Origin: an uncultured Gammaproteobacteria bacterium
GTDB taxonomy: Bacteria > Pseudomonadota > Gammaproteobacteria > CAWCPV01
DNA length: 64,000 nucleotides
NCBI GenBank assembly: GCA_963797555.1
Contig: CAWCPV010000005.1
Location: 64,001-128,000, forward strand
Direction of reading: 5' to 3'
The position numbers and the translations under genes were made by a program. Below, piece after piece: positions 30,934 to 40,990 of this stretch (its first letter is position 1; each line of letters begins with the position of its first letter). A model generated the notes under the pieces. That model saw nothing but the letters and a program-made list of their open reading frames with translations. It made no database searches and was not told the origin of the DNA.

Positions 30934-31632
30934 ATGAGCGTGCAAGAGATCGGCCGGCGCCTGGAGATTGTAAGGCAGCGTATCGCAGTGGCAGAGCGAC
31001 GCGCCGGCCGGCCGGCGGGGAGCGTTGCCCTGGTCGCCGTGAGCAAGACCCGCCCGACAGCCGACCTGCTTGAGGCCATCCGTCATGGTCAGCGTCGGTT
31101 CGGAGAGAGTTATGTACAGGAGGCGCTGCCCAAGATCGAGGCGCTCTCCAGTGCGGGCCTAGAGTGGCATTTCATCGGTGCTCTGCAGGCCAACAAGACC
31201 AAGAAGGTGAGCCGACACTTTCAATGGGTGCACAGCGTCGACAGTGCGGCCCTCGCCCGTCGCCTGAGCACCCAGCGACCCCCAGACTTGGCGCCGCTCA
31301 ACGTGTGCCTGCAGGTCAACATCGACCGCGAATCCACCAAGCAGGGCGCCTGTCTTGAGGATCTACCCGAGCTTGTCGAGGTGGCGGCCAGCCTGCCCCG
31401 CCTGTGCTTGCGGGGGCTCATGGCCATGCCGGCACATCGAGAGGGCTTCGAGGAGCGACGGCTGGCTTTTCGTCCACTGCGGGAGGCGAGAGACCGATTG
31501 CGCACGAGCACGGGAGTGCCTCTCGACACGCTGTCCATGGGAATGACGGCCGACCTCGAGGCCGCGATCACCGAGGGCGCCACGCTGGTCCGCGTAGGCA
31601 CGGCGATCTTCGGACCCCGCGCGTTTCCGTGA
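30934..31632 (+). CDS. yggS: PLP homeostasis protein YggS
   Basis: LVAVSKT, FGESYVQEA, WHFIG.LQ.NK, LSMGMTADLE.AI.EGAT.VRVGTAIFG. Confidence 0.95.
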   Translation: MSVQEIGRRLEIVRQRIAVAERRAGRPAGSVALVAVSKTRPTADLLEAIRHGQRRFGESYVQEALPKIEALSSAGLEWHFIGALQANKTKKVSRHFQWVHSVDSAALARRLSTQRPPDLAPLNVCLQVNIDRESTKQGACLEDLPELVEVAASLPRLCLRGLMAMPAHREGFEERRLAFRPLREARDRLRTSTGVPLDTLSMGMTADLEAAITEGATLVRVGTAIFGPRAFP

Positions 31633-31781
31633 TATGATTGCCGCCTCTTGAGAAAGGGCGGTGCTGGGCGTCGCGAACCATTAGTCCAGCGGGACACCCA
31701 GGCACCGCACGATGAGGAACCCCGGTGCAGGCCCGAGGCATCGAACGGCCCTAGCCCGCCAGCCCGCATAGACCGCAATCC

Positions 31782-32609
31782 ATGCAGCCCAGGAAGATCG
31801 CCTTCATTGGCGGCGGTAACATGGCGAGTGCCCTCATCGGCGGGCTGATCGATGACGGCATGGATCCTGACACCATCGCGGTCGCCGACCCCGATCGGCA
31901 GCGACGCGAAGCGCTCAGCAGTGGCTTCTCGGTGCAAACGACGGAGAGCAACGAGCAGGCTGCAAAGGGCGCGGATGTAGTCGTATTCGCGGTTAAGCCT
32001 CAAGTACTCAAGGACGTCGCACGGCCCCTGGCACCTGTCATCAAGGCTGGCAAGCCCCTGGTGATCTCGGTGGCAGCCGGCGTCCGGCGCGCCAACGTCG
32101 AGGTCTGGCTGGGCGGAGCGGTGGCCGTAGTCCGCGCCATGCCTAACACCCCCGCACTGGTAAGGAGCGGGGCGACGGCACTGTGCGCAAACAAGCACGT
32201 CGCACCCGCCCAACGAGACCTCGCGGAATCCATCCTGCGGGCCGTCGGCGTGGCGCTATGGCTGGATGACGAATCCCTGCTGGATGTCGTCACCGCACTG
32301 TCGGGAAGTGGACCCGCATACTTTTTTCTAGTTATGGAGTCCCTCGAGGCGGCGGCCGTGAGCCTCGGCCTACCCGCTCCCGCGGCGCGTCTGCTCACCC
32401 TCCAAACGGCTTTCGGCGCAGCAAAGATGGCCATGGAGAGTGCGGACGACATGCCGAGTCTCCGGCGGCACGTCACCTCGCCCGGCGGGACCACGGAGGC
32501 GGCTCTGCGGGTCCTCGATGAGGGCAAGATTCGCGACCTGTTCCGGGAAGCAGTGGTCGCCGCTCACCGACGCTCGATCGAGCTGGCCAAGCACTTCGGG
32601 GAGCAGTAA
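31782..32609 (+). CDS. proC: Pyrroline-5-carboxylate reductase
   Basis: FIGGGNMA, AVKPQ, RAMPNTP, TALSGSGPAY, VTSPGGTT. Confidence 0.97.
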   Translation: MQPRKIAFIGGGNMASALIGGLIDDGMDPDTIAVADPDRQRREALSSGFSVQTTESNEQAAKGADVVVFAVKPQVLKDVARPLAPVIKAGKPLVISVAAGVRRANVEVWLGGAVAVVRAMPNTPALVRSGATALCANKHVAPAQRDLAESILRAVGVALWLDDESLLDVVTALSGSGPAYFFLVMESLEAAAVSLGLPAPAARLLTLQTAFGAAKMAMESADDMPSLRRHVTSPGGTTEAALRVLDEGKIRDLFREAVVAAHRRSIELAKHFGEQ

Positions 32610-33191
32610 ATGGGAAACCCTTACCTCAGCAATGCCGGGGTCTTCCTCGTCAATACGTTGTTCGGACTCTACGTTCTGGCGGTGATGCTCCGGATGCTAC
32701 TGGCCTGGGTACGCGCCGACTTCTACAATCCGGTGAGCCAGTTCCTGGTCGCAGTGACCAATCCCGTGTTAGTCCCATTGCGTCGAGTGATCCAGCCCCT
32801 GGGGGGGTTGGACCTCGCGGCGGTGGTGCTGCTGGTGGGGCTGGAGCTACTCAAGCTCTTGCTCATCGGGGTCATCGCCGGCACCGTGTTCTCCTTAACA
32901 GCCGTGCTTCTGCTCTCGATCGCCGAGCTACTGAGCACGCTGCTCAACATCTTCCTGTTCACCGTTATCGTCCAAGTCGTTCTGGGCTGGCTGGCACCGC
33001 GCACCTATCATCCCGTCACGGCCTTACTCTATCAGCTCAACGAACCACTGCTCGGCCCAGCCCGGAGGTTGATCCCGCCCATCTCTGGCCTCAATCTGTC
33101 ACCATTGGTCGTCATCGTAGCCATACAACTCCTCAAGATGCTCCTAGTGGCCCCGCTGACTGACATGGGCTGGGCCAGCGCTGCGGTATGA
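32610..33191 (+). CDS. yggT: YggT family membrane protein
   Basis: RADFYNPVSQF, P.LVPLRRVI, EPLL.PARRLIP, LSPL. Confidence 0.92.
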   Translation: MGNPYLSNAGVFLVNTLFGLYVLAVMLRMLLAWVRADFYNPVSQFLVAVTNPVLVPLRRVIQPLGGLDLAAVVLLVGLELLKLLLIGVIAGTVFSLTAVLLLSIAELLSTLLNIFLFTVIVQVVLGWLAPRTYHPVTALLYQLNEPLLGPARRLIPPISGLNLSPLVVIVAIQLLKMLLVAPLTDMGWASAAV

Positions 33192-33502
33192 ACGGGAGGG
33201 TGCCCTGCTATCGGTGGGAAGGCGCCGACCTGATTCTGAAGGTCCGTGTGCAATCCAGGGCGAAACGGGACACGGTCGTTGACCAGCACGGCGATGCGTT
33301 GCGCATCCGTGTGGCCGCACCCCCCGTCCACGGGCAGGCCAACGCCCGCCTCGTCGGTCTCCTTGCCGAGACCTTCGGGGTAGGGCGCGGGCAAGTGCAA
33401 CTCATCAGCGGTCACGGCGGGCGAGACAAACGCCTGCGCATTCACGCGCCCCAAATCCTGCCGCCAGGGTTCGCGCCTCGGAGGGAAGGTGGTCCGCGCT
33501 AG
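33188..33502 (+). CDS. yggU: DUF167/YggU family protein
   Basis: LKVRVQSRA, IRVAAPPVHGQAN, LISG...RDK. Confidence 0.88.
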   Translation: MNGRVPCYRWEGADLILKVRVQSRAKRDTVVDQHGDALRIRVAAPPVHGQANARLVGLLAETFGVGRGQVQLISGHGGRDKRLRIHAPQILPPGFAPRREGGPR

Positions 33503-33548
33503 CGACCGGGTGCCGGAAGCGCTATAGTTTGCAGCCTGTCCGCCAGAT

Positions 33549-34016
33549 TTGGAGGAGGCCCGGATGTTGACGGCCCGCTACGCCACCCTCGTCATCGCGC
33601 TCAGCCTGTCGCTCGGCCTCCCCGCCTCCTCGCGCGCGGAGCAAGCCGTAAGCGTAGGTGATTACGAGGTTCACTACAACGCATTCACCACCAATACCCT
33701 GCAACCCGCCGTTGCTGGCCGCTACAAGATCACGCGCAGCAAGAACCGCGGCATGCTCACCGTGAGCGTCCTTCAGAAGGTGTTGGGTACGCTGGGCAAG
33801 CCGGTGCTGGCGACCATCACCGGCACTGCCACCAACCTCAACGGCCAACTCAAGACGCTGGAGGTCAGGGAGGTTCGGGAAGGAAATGCAATTTACTACA
33901 TCAGCGAGTTCCCAGTGGCTGACCAGGAGGTTCTCGATTTCAATCTGGAGGTGAGCATATCGGGCCAGCAGGCTCCCGTGACCGTTAACTTCCGCAAGCA
34001 ATTCTTCACGGAGTAG
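33549..34016 (+). CDS. DUF4426 domain periplasmic protein
   Basis: Signal peptide, GDYEVHYNAF, Y.ITRSKNRG, NLNGQ, EGNAIYYI; typical position after yggU. Confidence 0.8.
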   Translation: MEEARMLTARYATLVIALSLSLGLPASSRAEQAVSVGDYEVHYNAFTTNTLQPAVAGRYKITRSKNRGMLTVSVLQKVLGTLGKPVLATITGTATNLNGQLKTLEVREVREGNAIYYISEFPVADQEVLDFNLEVSISGQQAPVTVNFRKQFFTE

Positions 34017-34049
34017 GAGAGCCGGCCGGTCGTCTCCCAAACGGTTGCG

Positions 34050-34736
34050 TCAGCGCAAACTTGCAACCAGCATCAAGCCGGCCAGTATCAGGATGACGCC
34101 GCCGACGATACGCCGCACCCAGCAGAGGTGCGCGAGGGTGGCTACCCTAGCCGCGACGGTTCCAGTGGTCACCAGCGTGGGGAGCGTGCCGAGCCCGAAG
34201 CTCAGCATCAGCAGTGCTCCCGATCCTGCGGATCCGGCCGCCATGGCCCAGACGAGAACACTGTAGACCAGTCCGCACGGCAACCATCCCCACAGCGCAC
34301 CAAGCAACAGGGCCTGTCTTAGCCGCTGTACCGGAAGCAGCCGTCGTCCAAGCGGTTGGACGTGAGCCCAGAGGCGGGCACCGACCCGCTCCACCCGACT
34401 CAGCCCCCCCGTCCACCATCCCGCCAGATAGACGCCCAGCGCTCCCATAAACAGCGCGGCGAGCCCTTGCAACACACGCTGGGCTTCGTGCAGGAACAAC
34501 AAGCGAGCGGTGAAGTACCCCGCTCCGCCGAGGAGCGCTCCAGCGGCTACATAGCTCGCGATGCGCCCCAGATTGTAGGCCAGCAGAAAAGGTAACAGGC
34601 GTCGCGTGCGGGCGCGTGTCTCCGGGGCCAGGCCGTACGCGAGAGCGGCCACGAGGCCCCCACACATGCCAACGCAGTGCACACCGCCCAGCAGTCCGAC
34701 CAGCCAAGCTGCAGCGTAACTGGCATCGACCGGCAT
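34050..34736 (-). CDS. DsbD_2 / TauE-like membrane protein
   Basis: GLLGGVHCVGMCGG, YNLGRIASY, WGWLPCGLVYS, FGLGTLP. Confidence 0.88.
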   Translation of the reverse strand: MPVDASYAAAWLVGLLGGVHCVGMCGGLVAALAYGLAPETRARTRRLLPFLLAYNLGRIASYVAAGALLGGAGYFTARLLFLHEAQRVLQGLAALFMGALGVYLAGWWTGGLSRVERVGARLWAHVQPLGRRLLPVQRLRQALLLGALWGWLPCGLVYSVLVWAMAAGSAGSGALLMLSFGLGTLPTLVTTGTVAARVATLAHLCWVRRIVGGVILILAGLMLVASLR

Positions 34737-34853
34737 GACGATGTGCCTCAGACGGGGAAGAACGGGCAGCGCCCGCCCCCTACAACGGGACCGGGATGGG
34801 ATCAGCGCGCCGGCGCTTGGAGGCCGCTACGGGCTGCCGAGTCAGCCACCAAT

Positions 34854-35118
34854 CTACCGCGCTTGCCCATAGCAGTTGAAGTCATAGTCCATGTTCAGGG
34901 GGGGCGTAATCGGAGAACCGCTCGCGCTTTTGGATAGCGGTATCCCGGACCGTGGTCTTCAGACCGGGCGTGACGATCCGATAGTCGATCCGCCACGCGA
35001 CATTTTTCCCAAACCCGCCCACGATTCGACAACGAAAGTGTATTCCCTCGGCTCAGGATTGACCACCCGGAGAGCATCGAGCAGGCCCAGATCCCCGAAT
35101 ACCTTGTCCAGCCCAGCG
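34854..35118 (-). pseudogene. Exodeoxyribonuclease III (Xth/ExoA) C-terminal remnant
   Basis: Across three frameshifts it reads LDKVFGDLGLLDALRVVNPEPREYT..SNRGRVWEKNVAWRIDY.IVTPGL....RERFSDYAPLNMDYDF. Confidence 0.7.
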
Positions 35119-35134
35119 TGGAGCGTTGCGTTTC

Positions 35135-35760
35135 ACGGACAGGGTGCCGGGCGATCACGCGCAACTCGCGCAGTTTGGCCTTCGCCACGAAGGAGCCGCG
35201 CAACAAGCCGGCCCGGGAGAGCCAAGCCAGCCACCGGGCATCAGCGATGCGGGTCTTGCGTCCCGGGACCTGTTTGAGGTGGCGGGCATTGACCCCCTTT
35301 GGCCCGGATGCCCGCCGCCTCCAGGGCGGCGTCGGGGCTCTTCCAGTAGATGCCGGTACTCTCCAGGACCACCTCCTGGGGGCGAAACCCCGCGCACCAC
35401 TCGCCGAGCGCCCCGCGGTCTTTCTTTGAAGGCGCCGAATTGGCATTGCTCAACGATGACCCGCCCATCCGGCTCTTCGATGATCGCACCGGCGGTGACT
35501 TGCCCCCGATGCATATCGAGTCCGATGACCCGCTTGAAAAGAGATGCCCGTTCCATGCCGTCTCGGGTCTCAATACACTCAGAGATGGGAGACGGCGGAT
35601 GCCGGGACCGACTGAGCCTGAAGTCAGCAAGCCAGAAGTCGCTACACCCTGCGATAATGGCGCGTCAGTTGATGCCTGAGACAGCCGTTGCCATGGCGAG
35701 CGGGCCGCTAGCGTTACCGCGAACACGCGTCGCAAGCAGTCTTCGTCCCCTCGCCGGTTT
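35135..35760 (-). mobile_element. IS110-family recombinase remnant (DEDD domain, frameshifted, truncated) with upstream non-coding end
   Basis: VIGLDMH (start 35556), VLESTGIYWK, VNARHLKQVPGRKT..DARWLA..RAGLLRGSFV in three frames; no C-terminal domain. Confidence 0.8.
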
Positions 35761-36056
35761 GCCGGAAGGTTGGGGATTAGGGAGCCGTCACGGCCCGAGC
35801 GCTGTGCCGGGAGCGGCGGAAGTCGCTATGAGCGGTGGACCTGGGACCCTCCAGCGTATGGAGTGCGCCGAGATAGTTGCGTTTAGGCCAAGCCGCCGTG
35901 GGCGACCGGCGGCTTCCCCTCGCCTCGGGCCCGCGGCCATCGACGCCTCACGGCGCTGGTGTCGGAGAACACGGACGGGTCCGCAGGCCGATTCCCTAGC
36001 ATAAGGCTACGGCGGCCGAACCGCGTCCACACAGCCTCGGCAGATGGTACCCCCCG

Positions 36057-37061
36057 TTGAGCTTCCCAGACATCCAGACCAAAGTCGACTTCCTCCGGCG
36101 TTGCGAGGCTTACCCCGACCAGCCTCGGCGCGTGGATGTCGTGGAGACGCATATGTCCTGGGTGTTCCTCACGGACCGCTATGCGTACAAGCTCAAGAAG
36201 CCGGTTCGCTACGACTTCCTCGACTTCAGCACCCTGCAGGCCCGCCAGCGCGATTGTGAGAAGGAGTTGAGGCTGAACCGGCCCCTGGCGGGAGACGTTT
36301 ATCTGGAGTTGGTCTCACTGGCCGTCGACGAGAGCGGAGATATGCAGTTGCAAGGCGCTGGGACCGTCGTGGACCGGCTCGTCAAGATGCGGCGCCTGCC
36401 CGCGGAGCGGATGCTGGACTCGGTCATCCGTGGCGGCACCGTCAGCCCAGCCGACGTGGAGCGAGTCGTCCGGGTGCTCGCCGACTTCTACGGCGCGGCT
36501 GCCCGCGTCCCTATCCGGCCAGAGCACTACCGGCGGCGTCTGGCGCGTGACGTTGAGGCCAATCAGAGGGCGCTGACCACGCCGGACGACCTCCCGCTCG
36601 CCCAGGTCCAATGGGTTCATCGGGCCCTGCTCGCCTTCGTGGACCGTGAATCCGCGTTACTCGGGCAGCGTGCCCGGCAAGGCCGGATCATAGAGGCACA
36701 TGGCGACCTCCGCCCGGAGCACATCTGCCTCGAGCCCCGTCCGGTCATCATCGACCGCATCGAGTTCAACCGGGGGTTCCGGGTCATGGATGTCGCCGAC
36801 GAGCTGGCATTCCTGGCGATGGAGTGCGAGCGGCTCGGAGCGCCGGATGTGGGCCGACGGGTGCTCAACATCTACGGCGACTTGAGCGGGGACCGACCCC
36901 CCGTTGCGCTGGTGCGGTTTTACCAGGCGTATCGGGCAAGCCTGCGCGCCAAGCTGGCGCTGTGGCACACGACGGAGCTTGGCGGCTCTCAGGCCGCTGC
37001 CTGGATGCCGCGGGCGCGGCGCTACTTGGACATCGCAGCGCTCCACGCGGCCCAGTGCTGA
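36057..37061 (+). CDS. Aminoglycoside-phosphotransferase-like kinase (Rv2004c N-terminal-like), without the AAA domain
   Basis: ETHMSWVFL, AYKLKKPV..DFLDFSTL, ELRLNR.LA, HGDLRPEHI, IDRIEFN, DELAFLAME. Confidence 0.8.
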   Translation: MSFPDIQTKVDFLRRCEAYPDQPRRVDVVETHMSWVFLTDRYAYKLKKPVRYDFLDFSTLQARQRDCEKELRLNRPLAGDVYLELVSLAVDESGDMQLQGAGTVVDRLVKMRRLPAERMLDSVIRGGTVSPADVERVVRVLADFYGAAARVPIRPEHYRRRLARDVEANQRALTTPDDLPLAQVQWVHRALLAFVDRESALLGQRARQGRIIEAHGDLRPEHICLEPRPVIIDRIEFNRGFRVMDVADELAFLAMECERLGAPDVGRRVLNIYGDLSGDRPPVALVRFYQAYRASLRAKLALWHTTELGGSQAAAWMPRARRYLDIAALHAAQC

Positions 37062-37085
37062 CCTGACTACCCACCGCCGGTGCGC

Positions 37086-38073
37086 TCACACCTCCAGCAG
37101 GTCCGCGATGGAGCCCCCAGTATGCAGGCGCCGGATGGCTTCCGCGAGGAGAGGTGCGGCGTCGAGTACCGTGACCTTCGACTGTGCGACGGCCGCCCCA
37201 AGCCGGAACGGCGGAACGCTGTCGGTAATGACCAGCCGGTCCAGGCCCTCGTCGTTCAGGACGGCCTCCGCTTTGCCCACGAAGATCCCGTGCGTCGCAA
37301 CAGCATACACGCGCGTGGCGCCCAGAGTGCGGCAGGCGCGGACCGCCCGGGCAATGGTAGTTCCCGTGCTGATCAGGTCGTCGACGATGACGGCGACCCT
37401 TCCCGCGACATCACCGACGATCGCTTCCCCGCTCACCACCCCTTCACTGCGCCGTTTCTCCATGAACGCTCCCCCGACGTTCTCGTCCCAGCGCCCGGCC
37501 AAGGGCTTCGCGGAAGGCGTCCGCCCGCTTAATACCGCCGACGTCCGGGGAGACTACGGCGACCGGCGCGTCAGCCAGCAGCGGAGTCAGGTGCTGCACG
37601 AACAGCATCTTCGCCTCCAGATGCTCGGTACGGCAGCGGAAGGCGTTCTGATAGGCCGCGAGGTTATGCACGTCGAGGGTTACGATGCAATCGGTAGCGA
37701 CCGCCTCGAATAGCGCGGCCACATAGCGGCTGGTCACCGGATCCCGGGGCTTGGTCTTGCGGTCCTTGCGCGCGTAACAGAGATACGGCACCACCGCCGT
37801 CACGCGGCCCGCTGCGGCATCCGCGAGCGCCCCGATGAAGAACAGCAGGCGGCACAGCTTGTCGTTGACGCTCTGCCGGGGATCGCCATAGAGCGACTGC
37901 ACAACATAGATATCCCGCCCACGCACGTTCACCAGGGGGCGAGCCTTGTGCTCACCGTCCTCGAACTCCCGCTCCTCGTGCTCGCTGAGTTGGATCCCCA
38001 GCCGTTGCGCGACTCTCAGACCGAACTCACGACCCGCGTCGAGAGCGAACAGGCGCAAATCTCCGAATTCCAT
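37086..38073 (-). CDS. prs: Ribose-phosphate pyrophosphokinase, +1 frameshift at ~37480
   Basis: [28 protein letters not shown] in ORF 37444..38073; [25 protein letters not shown] in ORF 37086..37502. Confidence 0.88.
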
Positions 38074-38133
38074 GATGCTGTGACCCCTCTGCGGTCGGCA
38101 CTCCGTCCCGAGGCGCGCGAAGCGGCCCGACCT

Positions 38134-38571
38134 CTACGTCCGTCTGACTAGCTCGAAGCTCCAGGATGAGATCATGGTCCGGCCCCGGAACAGCGCCCCC
38201 CTGTTAAGGTAGCGGTCGGCCGTGAGCTGTTGCAGGTATTCCGTGCCGCTATGACGACCGTCGGTGCTCCTGGATGCCGAGAGGATCGAGTCGCCGACGA
38301 TGACGAATCGCCCCTTGATCTCCCCGAGGAGACCGTGCCTCAACCTCCACGAGGTCGTGTCGGACCCCGCATCCCACGGGGCGATTTCGTACCTGTTTTC
38401 GAATAGAGGGCTTCCGTCCCTGACGAGCCGGATGCTGGATTGGATGACCCAGAGCTCGGGCTCGTGCTGCACCGCGGCCTCGCCGTCCGCCTCGGTCATG
38501 CTGCCGTGCGCCCCGAAGACCTGTCCGACAGCGCGCCAGGTGTTGGGTTCCAAGAGATAAGTGTGGCGCAT
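38134..38571 (-). CDS. Hypothetical protein (predicted beta-rich)
   Basis: 145-aa ORF with ATG start and protein-like composition, co-oriented with prs. Confidence 0.6.
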   Translation of the reverse strand: MRHTYLLEPNTWRAVGQVFGAHGSMTEADGEAAVQHEPELWVIQSSIRLVRDGSPLFENRYEIAPWDAGSDTTSWRLRHGLLGEIKGRFVIVGDSILSASRSTDGRHSGTEYLQQLTADRYLNRGALFRGRTMISSWSFELVRRT

Positions 38572-39082
38572 TCAGCGGATTCCTTTTCCCATGAGGATGG
38601 CGGCGCCGACCGCTGAGATGGCGAGAACCGCGCCCCTCGCATAGCCTGTGCGCCGGGCACCTACCAAGTGACCGGCCACGCTGTGACCCGGCACGAAGCA
38701 CGAGGGGAGGTGCGGATCCCGCATCAACTCCTCGATCCTGACGCGTCGATAGATCTGCTGCACCCCCCGTTAGCCGCGTTGCCCAGTGTACCTCCTTGTA
38801 CGCCACCACCCCTGCGGGTTGGTCGCGATGGTTTCTTCACGCGCGCTAACTGGTCGGCGAAGTCCGGCCATATCACCATGATGAGGGAGCCGAGCAAATA
38901 GAGGAAGCCCAGTCGCAACCAGGCAGCCGGTGCGTTTCCGTACCCAAGAGAGGAGCGCCAAGACCGCGCTGACGGCGTCGGGGGAGTCGGGGCGGTCACG
39001 CCAACCAGCCGGTGCGACGCCGCCCGCCGCGTTGGACTATAGTTAATGCTCATCATGCAGGCGGGGGCAGGGGGGGAACGCC

Positions 39083-39700
39083 ATGGCTGGAGGCTTCGGT
39101 TGGTTCAGTGTCTGGCGACGCGCGGTCTTCATGGGCGGCGTCGCGTGCCTGGCGACGGTCCTGGTGCTGGCCGGATGCGGAGAGCAGACTGCCGCCGGGT
39201 CCAACGGCGTCGATGACCCAGTTCGGACTCCTGCGGCTTGGGAGACATCGGCGGCCCCGCACGGGCGCGCGTCGGCGGGTGCGGCCCGGGCCCCGCAGGA
39301 GGCCCCCCCCGGCCCGTACGATCTGGCTCTGGGCAGCCGAGTATTCCACGAGGCCTGCGTGATTTGCCATGGTACCGGTAAGGCCGGCACAACAGCGCTC
39401 GCCGAGGGGGACAGATGGCAAGGGCACACGGAGCAGGGCCTCGACGTCCTCATCCAACATGCTTTGGGCGGGCACCGAGGGATGCCGCCGAGGGGCGGTT
39501 TCGCTGATCTGTCCGATAACGAGGTGGCCGCCGCGGTCGCCTACGTGGTAGATCAGAGCACGCACATCATCACGCGTCCGGACGACGAGGGCCAGGCGGA
39601 AGGCTGCGACCCCCGAGGCGACGTTGAGGGTTGCAGCCTCAGCCAAATGAAGAAGCTTCTGGTCCTCCACATGCTGCGCTTGCTTGCCGGGAGGCACTGA
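39083..39700 (+). CDS. Cytochrome c5-family lipoprotein
   Basis: Lipobox LAGC, CVICH heme motif, HALGG..GMPPRGG...LSD.EV.AAVAY. Confidence 0.85.
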   Translation: MAGGFGWFSVWRRAVFMGGVACLATVLVLAGCGEQTAAGSNGVDDPVRTPAAWETSAAPHGRASAGAARAPQEAPPGPYDLALGSRVFHEACVICHGTGKAGTTALAEGDRWQGHTEQGLDVLIQHALGGHRGMPPRGGFADLSDNEVAAAVAYVVDQSTHIITRPDDEGQAEGCDPRGDVEGCSLSQMKKLLVLHMLRLLAGRH

Positions 39701-39755
39701 CTTCCGAGCCGCGCGCGATCGACCGAGGCCATGAATAGACCCGCCTCGCTGAGGG

Positions 39756-40030
39756 CTACAAGATCGCAGGCACCCCGAACAGGTGCGGATGCAAGCAGAC
39801 GAGGGCCACGTAGAGTGCGACGGCGACGATTACAACGAGCACGTCCCGGCCCAGCGGATACCAAGTCGTGGACTATACGGCACCCCTCAGGTTGGCGGCG
39901 AGCATGCCGAAGAGCGCAAAGGCGCCCAGCCCGCCGAACAGCAGCATGCCGACGAGATCGCCGTTCGCCAGCAAGTGGCCGACCGCCCACAGAGTGACCC
40001 CCAGAGCGTGCGGCGTGGACGATTCTATTC
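39756..40030 (-). pseudogene. NnrU family membrane protein C-terminal remnant
   Basis: TLWGVTLWAVGHLLANGDLVGMLLFGGLGAFALFGMLAANLRGAV*...LHPHLFGVP, with internal TAG at 39873-39875 and no recognisable 5' half. Confidence 0.7.
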
Positions 40031-40288
40031 CCGGCCCACCGAGCCGGCGGTGGCGTCGCTGGTCGGCTCAGCCGTGACGAATTCGGCAGACCGCCTCGGC
40101 TGGCACAGGGCTCCGCGGCCGGTGGTCCGTCAGCGGCGAGAGGCGCAACCAGTTTGCTCCGCATGGCCGTGCCCGCGCCTGGCGCTGCGCCTCGTACGTA
40201 GGGTCCGTGCGCCGTGCCGTGAAGCTGACGCGCGGGTCCGACAAGGCATTGGCGCACATCTCCTGGCTAAGACCGCCCCGGAGTGCAT

Positions 40289-40885
40289 ATGAGGGGAACA
40301 GAGGCGGCGTTTTGCCGCTGTCCGTGGGTCGATCCGGGCAAGACGGGCTACCTCGACTATCATGATCGGGAGTGGGGTGTTCCCGTGCACGATGATCGCC
40401 GTCTGTTCGAGTTCCTCGTCCTCGAAGGCGCTCAGGCGGGGCTCAGCTGGTACACGGTACTGCGCAAGCGGGAGGGCTACCGCAGGGCGCTCGACGGTTT
40501 CGATGCCCAGAAGGTCGCCCGCTACGACGAGCGCAAAGTGGAGTCGCTACTGGCCGATCCGGGCATCATCCGCAACCGTCAGAAGATCCTCGCGGCGGTC
40601 AGCAACGCGAGACGGTTCCTGGAGGTCCAGGAGGAGTTCGGCGGTTTCGACGTTTACGTCTGGCGCTTCGTGGACGGGGCGCCCATCCTGCATGCCTTGA
40701 GGACACTGGCTGACTATCCGGCGACCACTCCGCAGTCAGACGCGATGAGCAAGGACCTGCGCGGACGCGGCTTCCGCTTTGTCGGCTCCACCATCTGCTA
40801 TGCCCACATGCAGGCCACCGGCATGGTCAACGACCACACCCTCGACTGTTTCCGCCGCCAGGAGATCATAAACAGCTATGCCTGA
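40289..40885 (+). CDS. tag: DNA-3-methyladenine glycosylase I
   Basis: RCPW, YHDREWGVP, LEGAQAGLSW, IIRNRQKI, GFRFVGSTICYA.MQATGMVNDH...C. Confidence 0.96.
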   Translation: MRGTEAAFCRCPWVDPGKTGYLDYHDREWGVPVHDDRRLFEFLVLEGAQAGLSWYTVLRKREGYRRALDGFDAQKVARYDERKVESLLADPGIIRNRQKILAAVSNARRFLEVQEEFGGFDVYVWRFVDGAPILHALRTLADYPATTPQSDAMSKDLRGRGFRFVGSTICYAHMQATGMVNDHTLDCFRRQEIINSYA

Positions 40886-40990
40886 AATTGCCGCGCCGTG
40901 GACGCCCCCGCACGCCTGCCTGTACGGCTGGCCGGTGACAGGATATGCTTCGCATCACCCCTTGGAACCGATCTACGCGCGGTTCACATC

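Noticed and set aside
38572-39056. Small membrane-protein ORFs
   Set aside because: Short hydrophobic stretches in different frames; probably eroded remnants, no family assignable
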